This document shows positions 1-12,690 of a DNA stretch of 64,000 nucleotides, in pieces. The stretch is taken from NCBI GenBank assembly GCA_013265495.1, contig MU058221.1, forward strand, positions 2,604,001 through 2,668,000. The letters are read 5' to 3'. Made by a program: the position numbers and the translations under genes. Under the pieces are notes generated by a model, which was given only the letters and a program-made list of their open reading frames with translations, was not told where the DNA came from and searched no databases. The stretch comes from Vicugna vicugna. Taxonomy: Eukaryota. Numbering within the stretch: position 1 is the stretch's first letter; every line of letters starts with the position of its first letter.

Positions 1-67
1 TTCATTTTCATGAGAGCTTGGAAGTCAGGGGGCAGCTACAGCCAAATCTGACTGTGGGACGTAGGGC

Positions 68-69
<2 letters not shown>

Positions 70-103
<34 letters not shown>
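70..103. repeat. (GT)17 microsatellite
   Basis: Perfect dinucleotide run. Confidence 0.97.
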
Positions 104-105
<2 letters not shown>

Positions 106-639
106 TTGCAAATTTGTAAAGCTCTCTGTGCTTTAGTAAGATCAGCCGCCTCCTTTATTTCCGCGTCCCTTGTACCTAGCAGCCATATTTTGCTGTCTCC
201 ATGTAGATGTGACGATGGCAGGAAAAGTGCGGAAGCCGCTTTAACTCTCTTCCCCTTTGGGCAGGGACTTTTTCTGAAATGACCTAGCAGGCTGTGTCTC
301 TTCTGTGTTGTGCGATTTCTCGAGCGGTACGGCTTTCCTCTTTGAATTCAGTGGATTGGTTTAGAAGCCTATGTTTTTCAAACAGAGTGGCTAATTCATT
401 GGGAATGAAGCAGATTTGCCTTAACTGAGAATCCTTGGTCCTACTTCAGGTTTACCACCAGCAAATTGTTGCAAAACTTGTCCCAAAGTTAGGCTGATCC
501 ACAGAATTTCGTGGAAATCTGAAAGCGCAGGATCTTGGGTATTTAATTGGAAAGATTTTGATTAACAAAATCAAATTTGTATTTCCAGAGCTTGTCTATA
601 ATTTTGAAAATGCTTATTAAAAATGCAGATTTCCTGAGA

Positions 640-870
640 GCTTGGGATTTGCAGGTACTCACTACTATATATAAAACAGATAAACAGCAAGGTCGTCCTG
701 TCTAGCACAGGGAACTATAGTCACTATCTTGTAATGGCCTATAATGAAAAAGAATAGGAAAAGGAATATATATGTGTGTGTAACTGAATCACTGTGCTGT
801 ACAGCAGAAATTAGCACCACTTGTAAGCTAACTATACCTCAATAAAAACAATAAAAATAATTTTAAAAAT
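640..870 (+). mobile_element. 5'-truncated LINE-1 3' end (cetartiodactyl type), apparently inserted in a MER5-like relic
   Basis: cacagggaactatagtcactatcttgtaatggcctataatgaaaaagaat...aataaaaa tail; MER5-like pieces flank it (aaatgcagatttcctg; gggacccagggatcttcatttgtaac). Confidence 0.85.
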
Positions 871-1079
871 TTTTAAAAGGGAATCAGGCTAAAAAAGACC
901 TTCCAACTTACTCCAGAACTACGGAATGGAATTTCTCGGTCGAGGGACCCAGGGATCTTCATTTGTAACAATTACCTCCCATTGACAGCTTCCAGCCTGG
1001 ACTCATTGAGCCGAAGGCTCTCCTGGGTACCTGCTCGCTTCCAGCCACCATTTACCATCATTTCGCCGGCCACCCCCGG

Positions 1080-1670
1080 GGACTCAGTTCACCTGAAAGC
1101 CCCCGTCAGCAGCCTGTCACCACAGCCCTGCAGTGTCAGGGACGTGGGCTTGGGAGCAAGATGCAGCGCCCCCGGTTCTGCGAGCAGGCAGGGGCGAGCG
1201 ACTGGGAAGCCCTCTCGGCCGCCACGCCAGGCCTCCGAGGAGGTCAGGAGCCTGGGATGGAGGTGGAGCCTCGCCCGGGACGTTCTCAGCTTTGACGCTT
1301 CACCCGCCTTCCTCTGCGGGCGAGGACTTCGCATCGTCGGGAGGATCCGGGGCAGCGGGGGTGCGCACACAGCCGAGGACGCGCGAGACGCTGGGGTTGC
1401 GGTCCAGGCAAGGATTTTGGCTGCGTGGACGTCCTTTCGGTTCTGTTTTCCGACGGCTGGTCTGGAGAGAATGCGATGCGCTTCGCAGAGCGCCAGGCCG
1501 ACCTCGCGGGCTTCCCGGTGGGGTCGGCACCGGTCCCGGCGCCTGGCCGGCCGTGCGCGGCGCGCGCTGCGGGGAGCGAGGCGTCATTTTGAGAACCTGG
1601 TAATTCTTGACAAATCAGCGCAGCAGATGGTGTGGACGGGAGCCACGTGGTGAGGAGTATCTGGGACGAT
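1080..1670. promoter_or_regulatory. Intragenic CpG island
   Basis: About 47 CpG in 1261-1620 by manual count, very GC-rich, and not a recognisable repeat. Confidence 0.7.
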
Positions 1671-1913
1671 GTGGGACGTGTTCTAGGGTTTCGGCCTGCT
1701 TTCCAGTTTTGTTTTTAATGGTACAAAACTGCTGTTTGCCTCATGAAGTGGTCGTGGGCTCCCTTGGTGATGCCTACGGCCAGTCAGAACTTGGGCACGA
1801 GCTGGTCACACGGCCCCCGGTGTCCGCCTGCCCCTTCCCCATAAGGATGCTCACCCTCGCTGCTCACGCAGGCGCCTCTGGTCAGTGTGGCCCGCTGTTG
1901 CCTGTAGTGGCGC

Positions 1914-1955
1914 GTCTCTTAAACTTCTCTTTGTCTCTTAAACTTCTCTTTGTCT
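1914..1955. repeat. 19-bp tandem duplication
   Basis: gtctcttaaacttctcttt x2 followed by gtct. Confidence 0.9.
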
Positions 1956-4184
1956 TTCGTGAGTTCTTTTCCCACCCACGCCCCCGGCCCAACACCCGTG
2001 AGGGGTTGCTTTCCAGACAGCGCTGGCCTTCGGCGGAGGAGCATGAGAGGGAGAAAGGGTCGTGGTGTAGACTGGGTGGGGGTGGTGCTGAGAAGATGGG
2101 CGGAGGCGGTCCTTGGAGGCTTTGCAAGGACCAAGAGAGGCCAGATTTGATTTGGGCAGGAAAAAAAAAAGTCTAGGTTCTGAAGAGGGCGGGGAGATCT
2201 CTTCAGGGTCCCCTGGACCTCTTCCCAGTGACGCCGAGGAAGCGGCTTCATTTCCTTCTGCTGTCAGGTCGGCAAACAGAAGGGTCGCAGGTGCTCCCTG
2301 GGGTGACCTCCTGGTCCCAGTCAGGGCTCTGCCGTTTCACCAGACCCAGTCCTTTCTGGTCTCCAGTGTCCTCCAGCTTATCTAACCCCACCTCCCACTG
2401 TGTTGAAGGAAAAATTTGGTGAAAGTGGTGTCCTGTTTCTGTGTTTCTCCTCCCAAGCGTGTGTCCGTGTTACTCCTCTGCGTGCGGTCGAAGGCTGTGA
2501 TTTGCATCTTCTTGCTCAGCTGAGATGCTGAATGAGTGTAGAAAGAGAGCGTGCAACGCTTTGACTCCACCGCTGCCGAGGCCGCGGCTCCCCTTCACCT
2601 CTGCACACAGCATCCTTGTCCCCAAAGATCCACAGCATGGAACTGTGTCAAACAGCCAGAAATTACTGTGTTTATTTTCATTCCATACATATCCGTACGT
2701 ACGTCTCGTTGCATATTTCTAACTTGCGTGGTACCTAGTCCGTGCAGGGAACTGTGCTAGAAGCTTCAGCTTCAAGGCAGTGCAACTGGCTGACGCCCTC
2801 CCACCTGCTGTGGACTGCTGGGTCCCTCAGAGTCCACCTGCAAAAGCCCTCACCCCCGGTGGGATGGCTTCTGGAGACGGGCCCTTTGCAGGGACTTAGG
2901 GTTAGGAAGTGATGAGAGTGGGGCCCTCACAAGGCGATCAGTGCCCTTCGGGGAGGGACACTCGGGGGCTTGCTTGCTCTCTCCCTCCACCGTATCTGTG
3001 AGCCAGGGGGAGAGCTCTGGCCAGAAAGCAGCCCCGCTGGACCTTGACCTTGGCCGTCTGGCCAAGAATGGCAAGAAACTAAATTCATTTTGTCTAAGCC
3101 ACCCAGTCTGCGGTATTGGATTATGTCAGCCCGAGCTGACCAAGACACTGTCCTTAAGCTTCTGTACTTCTAAGAGGGAAGAAGGGACATAGAATCACGA
3201 CAAATTTCCGAACAGTATAGGGTTGTAATCGTGCATCCTGTACATCTGTGTTTTTAGCTTGAGAGCGTGACATCTGAAATTCAGTTAGCAAAGCAAGAGA
3301 CTTGCACAACACCTAACTGTGGCCTGAATGCAAACAGGCAACCAAATGCATGATTCAGAGGCTGCGGGTACTCGGGGAGGATGGGTTGCTGTGAACCAGG
3401 AGGGCAGGAAGCTGGGATGAAGGAATCACAAGATGAACTGGCCCCTGGTCTAAGGGCAGATGGGGCACAGGAAGGCCAAGGCTCGGGGTCCCCACCCAGG
3501 TAGACTTCCCATGAACTGAAGTAAGCCTCTGCCTGAGTGTTTTCGGATTTCGGTGAACTCTTAGCAACGTAGACCCAGTTACTGACCTCTTTATGAGATG
3601 GTGGAAAATGCAGACCCTGGGGATCCTTTAAATGTTGATACCTTTAACTGTAACTGAGTGGTTTGGGGAATATGCACTTTAAAATGAAATGGAAGTTTAA
3701 ATTTCACTGAAATTTAAATCGTCTTTGCAGTGTGGGTATGTATGTGTTTCTGTGTGCGTATAAAATCAATGGAAATTTGCACTTGGCCTTGGCTACTTTC
3801 ATCTCAACTGTAAAGATAAAATGGCATTTTTAGCAGTTTGCTCAGTTCATGGTCCCTCACAGGCTTCAAAGCAATGTGTGGTTAATTAACCCTGGCTCCC
3901 AGCAATCACCCAAGCTTGGGAGCTGGGGAAGGGGAGCTCTGATGAAAGCTGTCTTCCAGGCAGGGTTGCCTGACAGATAATCACTGCGAACTACACCTGT
4001 GTTGATAAAGTAAATCAAGGAGCAAGAATTGTAACATCACACAGGTGCCAACCGCTTCCTATGGCTTTGATCAGCAAACTGTGAAGTAGGTGAAATTTAT
4101 TTTTAGGACCTCACATTTTCCAAATCATTTATCCCCTTCATGCCTCCCTCCTGTCCCCAGGTGCCTACGTGGACTGCCGGTTCT

Positions 4185-5460
4185 TCTATCCATCAACAGG
4201 TATTTCTGGAGCGCTTCCTAGGAATTTCATGCTAAGTCCACCAGGAGGAAATCATAGCATTTGCCACCCACAAAAACGTGGGTTCTACTCTGCAGCAACG
4301 TGAAAACGTGGTGAATAATGCAGGATGGTCTGTTGTTAACATCTGCATTATTTATTTGGCACAGGACCTAATCAGAGGATCTCAATGAGGTCAGAGGAGA
4401 AGGTCTTCGAGGGCTTGATCAGTCTAGAAACACTCCTTGGAGGGAGATTTTTGAGCTGCTCCTTGAAGGGGTAGAACCTGGTTAGGCACATGGTTGAAGG
4501 GAGGATGACCCTTTCAGCCAGGCACCAGCACGAGGCAGGAGGTGTGCGGGTCCTTGAGAAGGAACAGGCTGATTAGACACGTGGGCAGTTACAAGAGGGA
4601 GATCCACTCATGAGGTCTTAAAATACCGGCTCCAGAGTGTCGTCGGAAGTCGGGATGCAGTAAGAACTAAATGGGAACTGGTGAGTGTTGAGCCAAGGAA
4701 GTGGACGTGTGGTCTTGGCAGTCCACGGGGAGGAGGATGAGAGAGGGAGATCAACAAAGGATGGCGGAAGAGCAGGAAACTAACTAAATGGCTTCCCTGA
4801 TGCTGAAGCTGTTTGCTGATTCATTCTGACTTAAAATTCTTGCACTTTGTTTTCCCCTTTTCTCTGACAAACCCCCACCTCTGCTTCACTTGCTCAACTG
4901 CTTTTGCGCTAAACAGCCCCCAACCTTTCCATGACCCTCCCCACACGCTAGACATTCTTCACCCAGAAGAGCTTAGCCCTTAACCCTGGAGCTGTGCTCC
5001 ACGAAGGCGGTCACGGGCTGACAGCCTCAGAAGAATGAACAGACCCTCTGGAGCTTCTCCTTGACAGCAGGCGGATTCAGCAAGATTTCCAGAAAGGAAA
5101 ATGCCCTGATTGTTGTCGCCTTTCTGTTCCGTTCGCTTTTTCTATAAAACCTCAGGACACCAACCCCAAGGGGGATTCACAGTCTCTGAGTCATGAGCCC
5201 GCTGTGACTCCCCTTTGCCGGGCAAAGCAGTAAAGCTGTTCTTTTCTAATTTCCCCAAAACCCTGCCTCCCAGCCTTACTTTGGCTCTCGGGGTACAGAG
5301 GTGGGCTTTTCGGGAGCAGTGGTGCGATGCTGGAGGTCTGCGCTGGGGTGGCCGGGTGTCACGGGCAGAGGGATTTGAGAAAAAGCAGGAATCCCGAGAC
5401 GTCTTGACAGACAGAGTCTCAACTTTAGTGAATAATTGGATTCGGGGGAGAAATATGGGA
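4185..5460 (-). mobile_element. Degenerate L2 relic interrupted by a solo LTR
   Basis: L2 3'-end-like catcaacaggtatttctggagcgcttcctagg followed by purine-rich L2-like body on both sides of the LTR. Confidence 0.5.
4762..5318 (+). mobile_element. ERV1-type solo LTR
   Basis: TATA box (tttctataaaacc, ~5141), polyA-like agtaaagctg (~5229), U5-like end gggtacagagg...ttttcgggagca. The 5' boundary is uncertain. Confidence 0.7.
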
Positions 5461-5624
5461 TATAGGCCTTAGAGCTCGGGCAGTGATTAGCACTGGGACG
5501 GCCCTGTGGGGGAAACAAAGGCCTGAGCCCCCGGAGTGCTCTGTGCTCTGTCTGTCGTGCTGGGTCCTCCCTCTTTGCCGTGCTGCCTTCGACTCATTTT
5601 GGTCTGGTAGTTTAAGGTCTCTAA

Positions 5625-6410
5625 TTTCGTCAGACGTTTTTGGTTGTAAGTGACAGAAATCCAACATCAATAAACGTGAGAGAATTTGTTAACTCGTGAC
5701 ACTGGGAAATCCATTGATAGATACCAATGGATTTAGGCAGAGGTGGATTCAGGAACCAATGTGTCTCACTCTTTGACATAATAAAATGTACTGAGTGCCC
5801 ATTATGTGCCAGGCAAAGGTCCAAGCTGCCAGGGTATAATGGTAAGTGAAACAAACATGGTACCCTCATGGAACTGAATCCAGGTTTAGTATATGATGGA
5901 AATTATGAACTATTTTGGTTTGATTCCAAAAGCGACTTCCCTCCCCTTCTCTTCCCTTCCTTTCCCTTTCCTTCTGTCTTCTTTCCTTAGATCCTCATCT
6001 CTTTCCTGCCCCTAAATTAATTTTCAATCTCTCTCTCTCTCCCCCCACCACCCGCCTCCCCAGCCTCCCAGCTAAACCTTCTTTCTGTGACATCTATTTG
6101 CAAAGACTCCCTTAGTAACTCAAGGTGTATCTGCTCCCAGTTTATCAGTCCTAGTGGGGAAAAGACGTGCCTCCTTCACGAGAATTCCGCCTACACCCTT
6201 ACAGCTGAATCTCACTGGTTTGTCTGTTATCATGAGTTCATCCCCTCGGCCAGGATTCCTTGGTTGAGAGTCAGAAGGAACAATTAGAGGATTTACCAAA
6301 AGAACATGGACGGGTTGTTGGGAGCATGAAAACACACAGTGATGTGCCCTGACCTCCCTGAGTCCGGCCTTCTTCCTGCATTGCTGGATGTGCAGGCGAG
6401 CATTGCTGTG
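5625..6410. mobile_element. Old MaLR/ERVL LTR fragments (MLT1/LTR33-like) interleaved with an L2 3' fragment and a pyrimidine tract
   Basis: ggttgtaagtgacagaaatccaac motif; L2 end tactgagtgcccattatgtgccaggca at 5789-5815. Confidence 0.5.
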
Positions 6411-8573
6411 CTGGGAGGTGGGGTCTGGGGGTTTCAAGGTAAGGCCACTCTGATGCTCTTACCTTTCCTATTGATGGCTTTCTCCTTGAGCGTTGGTGAG
6501 GTCTGGCCGAGAAGGGTCAGATACCTTTTTGCCCTAACAGTTTACCATCCGTTGCTCCCCTTCTGCCTTCATCCTCCCGGCGCCATCGCGGAGTCCAGGG
6601 AAGCTGGGCGTTTACGTGGTCAGAGTGTCCTGGTCGTGGGTTTGATTGTGGCCAGTGCTAAACGTTCATCCGTTCTAAAGAGACATTGCCCATTTCTTCT
6701 CTAAGAGAAATGTCCCCAGTGAGCAAAAAGGAAATATTTAGAAAAGCTCACATTCTCAAGAGTGTGATATACACGTAATATAAAGGCATTCTGGAGTGTT
6801 CAAGATTCTCTAAATAATGGTGCTGTTTGTCATAAGAATATGGTTCCTGTATGCAGTGCTTGAGGGTAGATGGGCCACCCTCCAAATATGGTAGGGTGAC
6901 TGCCAGATTAATAGATAATTTTCTTCTCCTCCCTCCTGTGGTCTAAATCATAGGTTTAAATGACAGGAGAATGTGTTGGAAATAGAGTGCATGTCACTTG
7001 ATTGCTCTCTGCCGTTCCGATGATTTTGACTTCCATCTCTTTCAAATGACAACAATTTGAGGACCGGGCATTTGATGAGCTCCCCCTACATTCAATATGT
7101 TAGTGTCCCTGCTGTACAGTATTTTGAAGATTTCTCACCCATTCAGTCCAGTGTGCAGGTATGGTTGAGGGAAAGGAAAAGAGCAGACAGACACTGGCCT
7201 TTGCACAGCCGTTTCCCGCACCCTGAGACTGTGCCCTGAAACGAACCTGAGACCACGCGTCTGATGGACGCCCTGAGATGTAGGTTCTCGGAGCCCCCGT
7301 GAGTGACCTCCTTCTGTGTTTAGGGTGGGATGAGGGGCTGCAGTGAGGAAGGGCCTTTGAACAAATATTCAGTCAACTTCATAAATTCCAAAATTACTCT
7401 TCCTTGCTTTTTTGTTTTATAACTTACGGGGGTGTGAAATATTCAGCATATAATATAAATGTGTCACATGCCTCTTCAGTATTTCAGAAGGGGTGATGGA
7501 TATTTGGTGGTAAAAAAAAAAGAGAGAGAGAGAGAGAAAGAAGGACAAGGAATGCCCTCTTTGGGTAAGTAGAGGGGATTTTTATTTCCCTAAAGGACAA
7601 AGGGTAGTATTAAAAAAAAAAAAAAAGAACTAAAGTATGTCTTTTTCCTGAAGAGTGATTGTGAAAAATCAAAGCTTCATTTACCGGCCCCAGTCGTTGT
7701 TGTGTAGGATTAAACTGAAACAATGAAAGTCTCCTTGACAGCATCTGATACTTCGGCAGACTGGCCTTGAATTTAGAGCCAGAGGATGGGAGGACGAAGG
7801 CTCCCCAGTAAAGAGCCAAGTCAGGAAGTTCATTCCCTTCCCTTCCCTCTCCTCAGTTCAAGCTGCAGATCCACCCCACATGTGTTTTGTAAAATAAATC
7901 CCAAAGACTAAAACAAACAAAGTTTCATAAACACGCACCTCCCTAGCACAACAGATGGCAACTAGGAAGGCCGCCTGAAGCGATGTGAGAGCTTGCTCCC
8001 CCGCCTAGCATTTTTTTTTAAATAACGGCATTCATTAAATGGCTATCTCGTTCGCTGCAGGTAGAGATAAAGAAGGCAAGTGGGGAGCCAGCCGAGAAAG
8101 GCATGCAGGGTCCGCAGACAACGTGTGATGGAGCGGGTACACCGCCAACGGAGATTTTTTTTTTGTTTTATTGATAGCCCTTGAAAAGAAATGCTATAAA
8201 ATCAATGAATCCTAGAACTTCCGAGATGGGAGACAGTTTAGACATGGAATGAACAGGGTCTTGGGCTGGGGGTCCAGGGGCCGTGGTCAGATACAAGTTA
8301 GCCACGTGACCAGAATCAGTGATGGCATCCCTCTGGACCTTGCCCTTCTCGTCTCTGAGGGGAGTGAGGCGGGAGGAAGGAGAGGAAATTGATTGAGTCC
8401 CCTCGGCGGGTCGGGCATCGATCGAGTCATGCGTTCCAGATCTTATCTCTTTTAATGTCCACAGTCATCCCACAAAGCAAGCTTTTCTCCACATTTGAGA
8501 GATGAGAAAACTCTTCCTGACAGCCAATTCCAACTCTTCTTTTTTCACTTTTGATTCTTTATTGTATTTTTAG

Positions 8574-8842
8574 TTTTTTTTTTTTTATCAAAGTGTAGTT
8601 GATTTACAATGTTAGTTGCAGGTGTACAGCAGAGTGATTCATATATACTTATACATACATATAGATAGATAGATTTTCAGATTCCTTTGCATTATAGGTT
8701 ATAACAAGACATTGAATATAGTCCCCTGTGCTGTACAGCAGGTCCTTGTTGTCTGTCTGTTTTGTATATAGTAGTGTGTGTCTGTTAGCCCTAAACTCCC
8801 AGTCTGTCCCTCCGCTGTCCTGTCTCCTTTGGTCATGGTTAC
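8574..8842 (-). mobile_element. LINE-1 3' end
   Basis: Poly-T then aagtgtagttgatttacaatgttagt...gaatatagtcccctgtgctgtacagcaggtcc. Confidence 0.9.
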
Positions 8843-9915
8843 ACGTTCTTGAAGGGTTTTTTGCTGCCCCATTTCCTGGGCTCTCTCACCCATCTCTGGC
8901 TCCTCCCTTGGACAGATGATAAGTCAGTCTGGAGTGGAGAGAAACTGCCGGAAGAGTTAGGTAGTTACTGGCAGAGGGTGCTTACAAATACTTTTTGTTT
9001 CCTTCTGTTCAGCAAAGGCAGGGAGTAAGTGGATGACTGGCTGAAGACCACACACTTTTGTTTAATTACTAGGTGATGCTGTCAAAAGGAAGACCTAGAT
9101 CTCCTTTCACTCAAGTTAAACTAGTTTTAGTTTACAGAGCTTGGAGGGTTGGGGAGGGCGAGGTGGGTGAGGCTTCTGATCGATTCCATGGGAACTAGAA
9201 TTGGCTCACGATGATCAAATCTTTAGTTAGTTAACACGTTTATCCAAGAGCCTACTGTGTGAAAGGCGTTCATCTGGAGTCTCTGAACCTTCTTTCATCT
9301 CTTTGAAATATTGCAGACTAGTTATTGGAAATGAACTGCCCCAAATATTCCTTCCTTAAACAGAAATAACTCTTCCTCTAGGAATTCTGGTTTTTGGCAG
9401 AGTTTTCGTATATTATCCGCCGGGGGTGGACAAAGGAGAGGTCCAGGTGATTAAAAATAGTTTCTGTGTAGTTTTCCAAAGCAACACTTTCATTTATTTT
9501 CCCACAGCAGAAATACTTTCCTAATTACCTCCAACACTGTTAATGCCTCTTATTGTTTCCAGCACATTGACACCATGATTGATTGTCTGCTAACCTGGTG
9601 AAGGACACACGGCATAGTTTACGCTGTCCACTGTGCTTATGAGACCACTCAGACGTGAAAAATGAGCAAATGGTTGGTCCAAGATCGCAGAACCCGATAA
9701 CGAAGGGCTGACACTGGGAGGCAGGGGTCTTCTTTTGTGTGTGTCTCTCTCAGTGATTGGCTTCCTGTCCAATTTAGGTTGATAATTTAAAAGCATTTCT
9801 AGCTGGGGGCATAGCAGAGTGCAGGAAAACATGGAGTGCAGCCTGCTAGTCCCCCTTTGCTGTGTAAATCTGAGCATCAGGGGGGTTACTGCCTTTATTC
9901 CTGCATCCATATCTT

Positions 9916-10057
9916 TTTTTTTTTAATTGAGTTACAGCCGATTTACAATGTTGTGTCGATGTCTGGTGTACAGCGCAGTTTTTCAGTCCTACATGAATAT
10001 ACGTATATTCGTTTTCATATTCTTTTTCACCGTGAGCTACTACAAGATCTTGGATAT
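9916..10057 (-). mobile_element. Short LINE-1 3' end with TSD
   Basis: TSD catccatatctt (9904-9915) / cacccatatctt (10058-10069), one mismatch. Confidence 0.88.
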
Positions 10058-10945
10058 CACCCATATCTTATTTAAAGAAATTAGTGTAATAAAAGGGCTA
10101 GTAGATGGGCGACTTCAGCTGGTGGCCCCAGTTTCCTCAGTTCTAGCCCTTGCTTGACCGCTTTTCAGCCTCTCTGAACCGTGAGAACAAATATGGCACC
10201 CAAGTCAACTGCAGAGTTTTGAATTACTTTCATCCAAAGACTTGAAAGCTGGAGAAACCAGGACTGCAAATATTATACAGAGAGAGTTCCAACAACACAG
10301 GGACGGGGAAGGCTAATGTCATCCGCGATCCTCTGAGCTGGCAGATCAAACCCTAGTTGGCTGTAATCAAGAGCTATAAGGAAGCTCTTGTGGAAACAGC
10401 TTGTCTCTACAGCCAGTCGAGCCGATCTGTCCTCATCGTGGGGAAAAGGCTGACTCATTCCGCTCACTGCCCTCCCACTACGCGCCTCGCTGCTTCTCGT
10501 CTTGACGCCGCTTTGGCCCTCCCTCTTTCCTGTTCAGATTTTACCCAGGATTTAAGGTCCAGCTAAGTCCTCCCACCTGTCAGATTACTTGAATTCCCAA
10601 ATGCAGCATCTTCTTCCTCTTCTGAGCATCCTCTTCAGCCCCGTGAGGGAGCTGGTCTCTCTGCAGCGTTGTGAGGGTTATTGGTCTCATGTTGGGGTCA
10701 CTCCCTGGGTTAGGAGCTCCTTCAGCGGAAGGACGTGACTCACTCTTTGCATGTCCCCTCCAGCGACCAGCATGATGCTCACACCACAGGGACCTGCGCT
10801 TTATAGTTGCAGGTTACTGATGCCGGACGGGATTCAGGGTCCCAATTTGCCCACCTGTTCACAGAATGACGCAACTGAGCCTTCCCGCAATTGTCTATAA
10901 CCATCCTATTTACAATCTTGAGCATCACTATTACCCCTGGGGCTA

Positions 10946-11110
10946 AGGTTGCTGGATTTGGCACATAAAATTACGGGACACCCAGTTAAGTTTGATTTTT
11001 AGGTAAACAATTCCTTTTTTCTTTTTTTAGTATAAATCCATCCCCTAATTTTTTAAAGTTTAAAATTAAAAAAATATTGTCTGACATGTACTTGCATGAA
11101 ACACCTCATT
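10946..11110. mobile_element. MER53-like DNA transposon remnant
   Basis: aggttgctggatttggcacataaaattacgggacacccagttaagtttgatttttaggtaaacaa resembles the MER53 terminus. Confidence 0.7.
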
Positions 11111-11182
11111 GGCCTCACCCTAATCCTGGCCCTGTCAGATCTTAGCTTTATTTAAAATTCTGATATTAGTCCCACATGGATT

Positions 11183-11285
11183 GTTTATTTATTTATGTAT
11201 TTTAATGGGGTTACCTGGGGTTGAACCCAGGACCTTGTGCACCCTAAGCGTGTGCTGAACCATTGAGGTACACCCACCACCCACC
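11183..11285 (-). mobile_element. tRNA-Ala-derived camelid SINE (Vic-1-like)
   Basis: Reverse B box ttgaacccaggacc, AT-rich tail, flanking catggatt repeat. Confidence 0.8.
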
Positions 11286-12538
11286 ACCATGGATTTTTTT
11301 GGCATTCATTTTGATTTTTGAAACTGTTGCATTGTGGCATTCAACTGTTGTTTACCTTGATTCCTGAGTTCTTTGATGATCCCTCACATTTCATACCTGC
11401 GGCGACTGCCTGGCTTCCCTCCTCCTGGCCCCAGGTCTGCTTTCCTCCTCAGGATCCCATTTGTAAAGTGGTGATAATGATGTGTTGCCGGCAGGATGCA
11501 GTAAGCCATCTGTCTGACACGTTGCATTTATTCAGTATTAATCATTTTGTGCATTCACGTTATCTTGGATTTTTTACGTTGAATAGTTCAGTGATCCATT
11601 CTCCTCTCACAGCCACACTTGAAACCAAACTCACAATTGTTCATCTTTCAAAGTAAGTTGTAATTATTTTCATAAATGGAACGGGCTTAAAGAAGCCTGC
11701 GGATCTCGGAATGGCCATGCGGGGCCATACTCCATAAAAGGGCCCGTGTTTTGAAGGCAGACATCCTGTGTGCAAGGAGAGGACCCGAGGGGAGGGAAAA
11801 CAGCTCCCGCTGCTGAGCTGGTGTCACGCCTGACGGCGGAGCGCCAGGGCGCCGCCGTCACTCTCACCACGCGACAGCTGCCCTCGAAAGACAGAGCAGC
11901 ACGTTGCTTTTCTACGTACGCTTTTCTTTCCTTGACCTAATGGTGTGCTGATGTGTCACAGTGGTAAGGTGGTCGTCACTTTCTTTTAAGCTCTTTGTAC
12001 TTAGAAGACTTCAGAGCGTACATCTGAGAGGGGCAGCATTTGAGTTTAGGGAGTGGAAAAGGATGGTGGGAGTTGTAAGATTTTAGCTGAAAAAATACAC
12101 ACACATGCCCTGGTTTTGGCTTTTTAATGACAATCCTGCAGGGTTACGCGTCAGACCTTTGTTTAGAAAAAAATGATTAATTAAGCAAATTGCGGAAAGG
12201 AGCGAGTGCTCTAAACCTAGCTCTGTGTAGACCTCATGTGCGTGTACAAGCCTCACGCAGCCAGGATTTTGTCACAGAACAGAACACTGAGAAACCTGTT
12301 GGATGTCCATTTCTGTGGATGCTCAAAACATGCTCTCCTGTTAAGCACCGCTCGTGACCTGGGACCTGCCCCCATCATATACACGAGTTACTACAGAGAC
12401 CTACGCGATTTTACAGAGACTGAGTGTGGGACAGAAACTAGCCTGCCACTAGAACCATGAATACGTAAACCTGGAGGGTGTTTGACTAAAGTTTAAATAA
12501 TTTAATAGGTTTGACAAAACTTTTGAAAACAATTTTCT

Positions 12539-12690
12539 TTTTTCTTAAATTTTTTTACTTAAAAAAGAATTTGGAGGGAGGTAATTAGGTGTTTATTTAG
12601 CTGTTTACTTAATGGAGGTGCTGGGGATTGAACCCAGGACCTCATGCACACTAAGCACGTGCTCTACCACTGAGCCCCACCCTCCCCTGC
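12539..12690 (-). mobile_element. tRNA-Ala-derived camelid SINE (Vic-1-like)
   Basis: Recognisable A and B boxes on the minus strand; 15-bp TSD tgaaaacaattttct / tgagaacaattttct. Confidence 0.9.

Noticed and set aside
982..1653. 223-aa ORF and overlapping ORFs
   Set aside because: Non-ATG start, low-complexity Arg/Ala/Gly/Pro composition, several frames open on both strands as expected for a GC-rich island, and no recognisable domain.
12610..12690. tRNA-Ala-like sequences (also at 16000, 44750, 61000)
   Set aside because: They have AT-rich tails, TSDs and mismatched stems, so they are SINE copies rather than tRNA genes.
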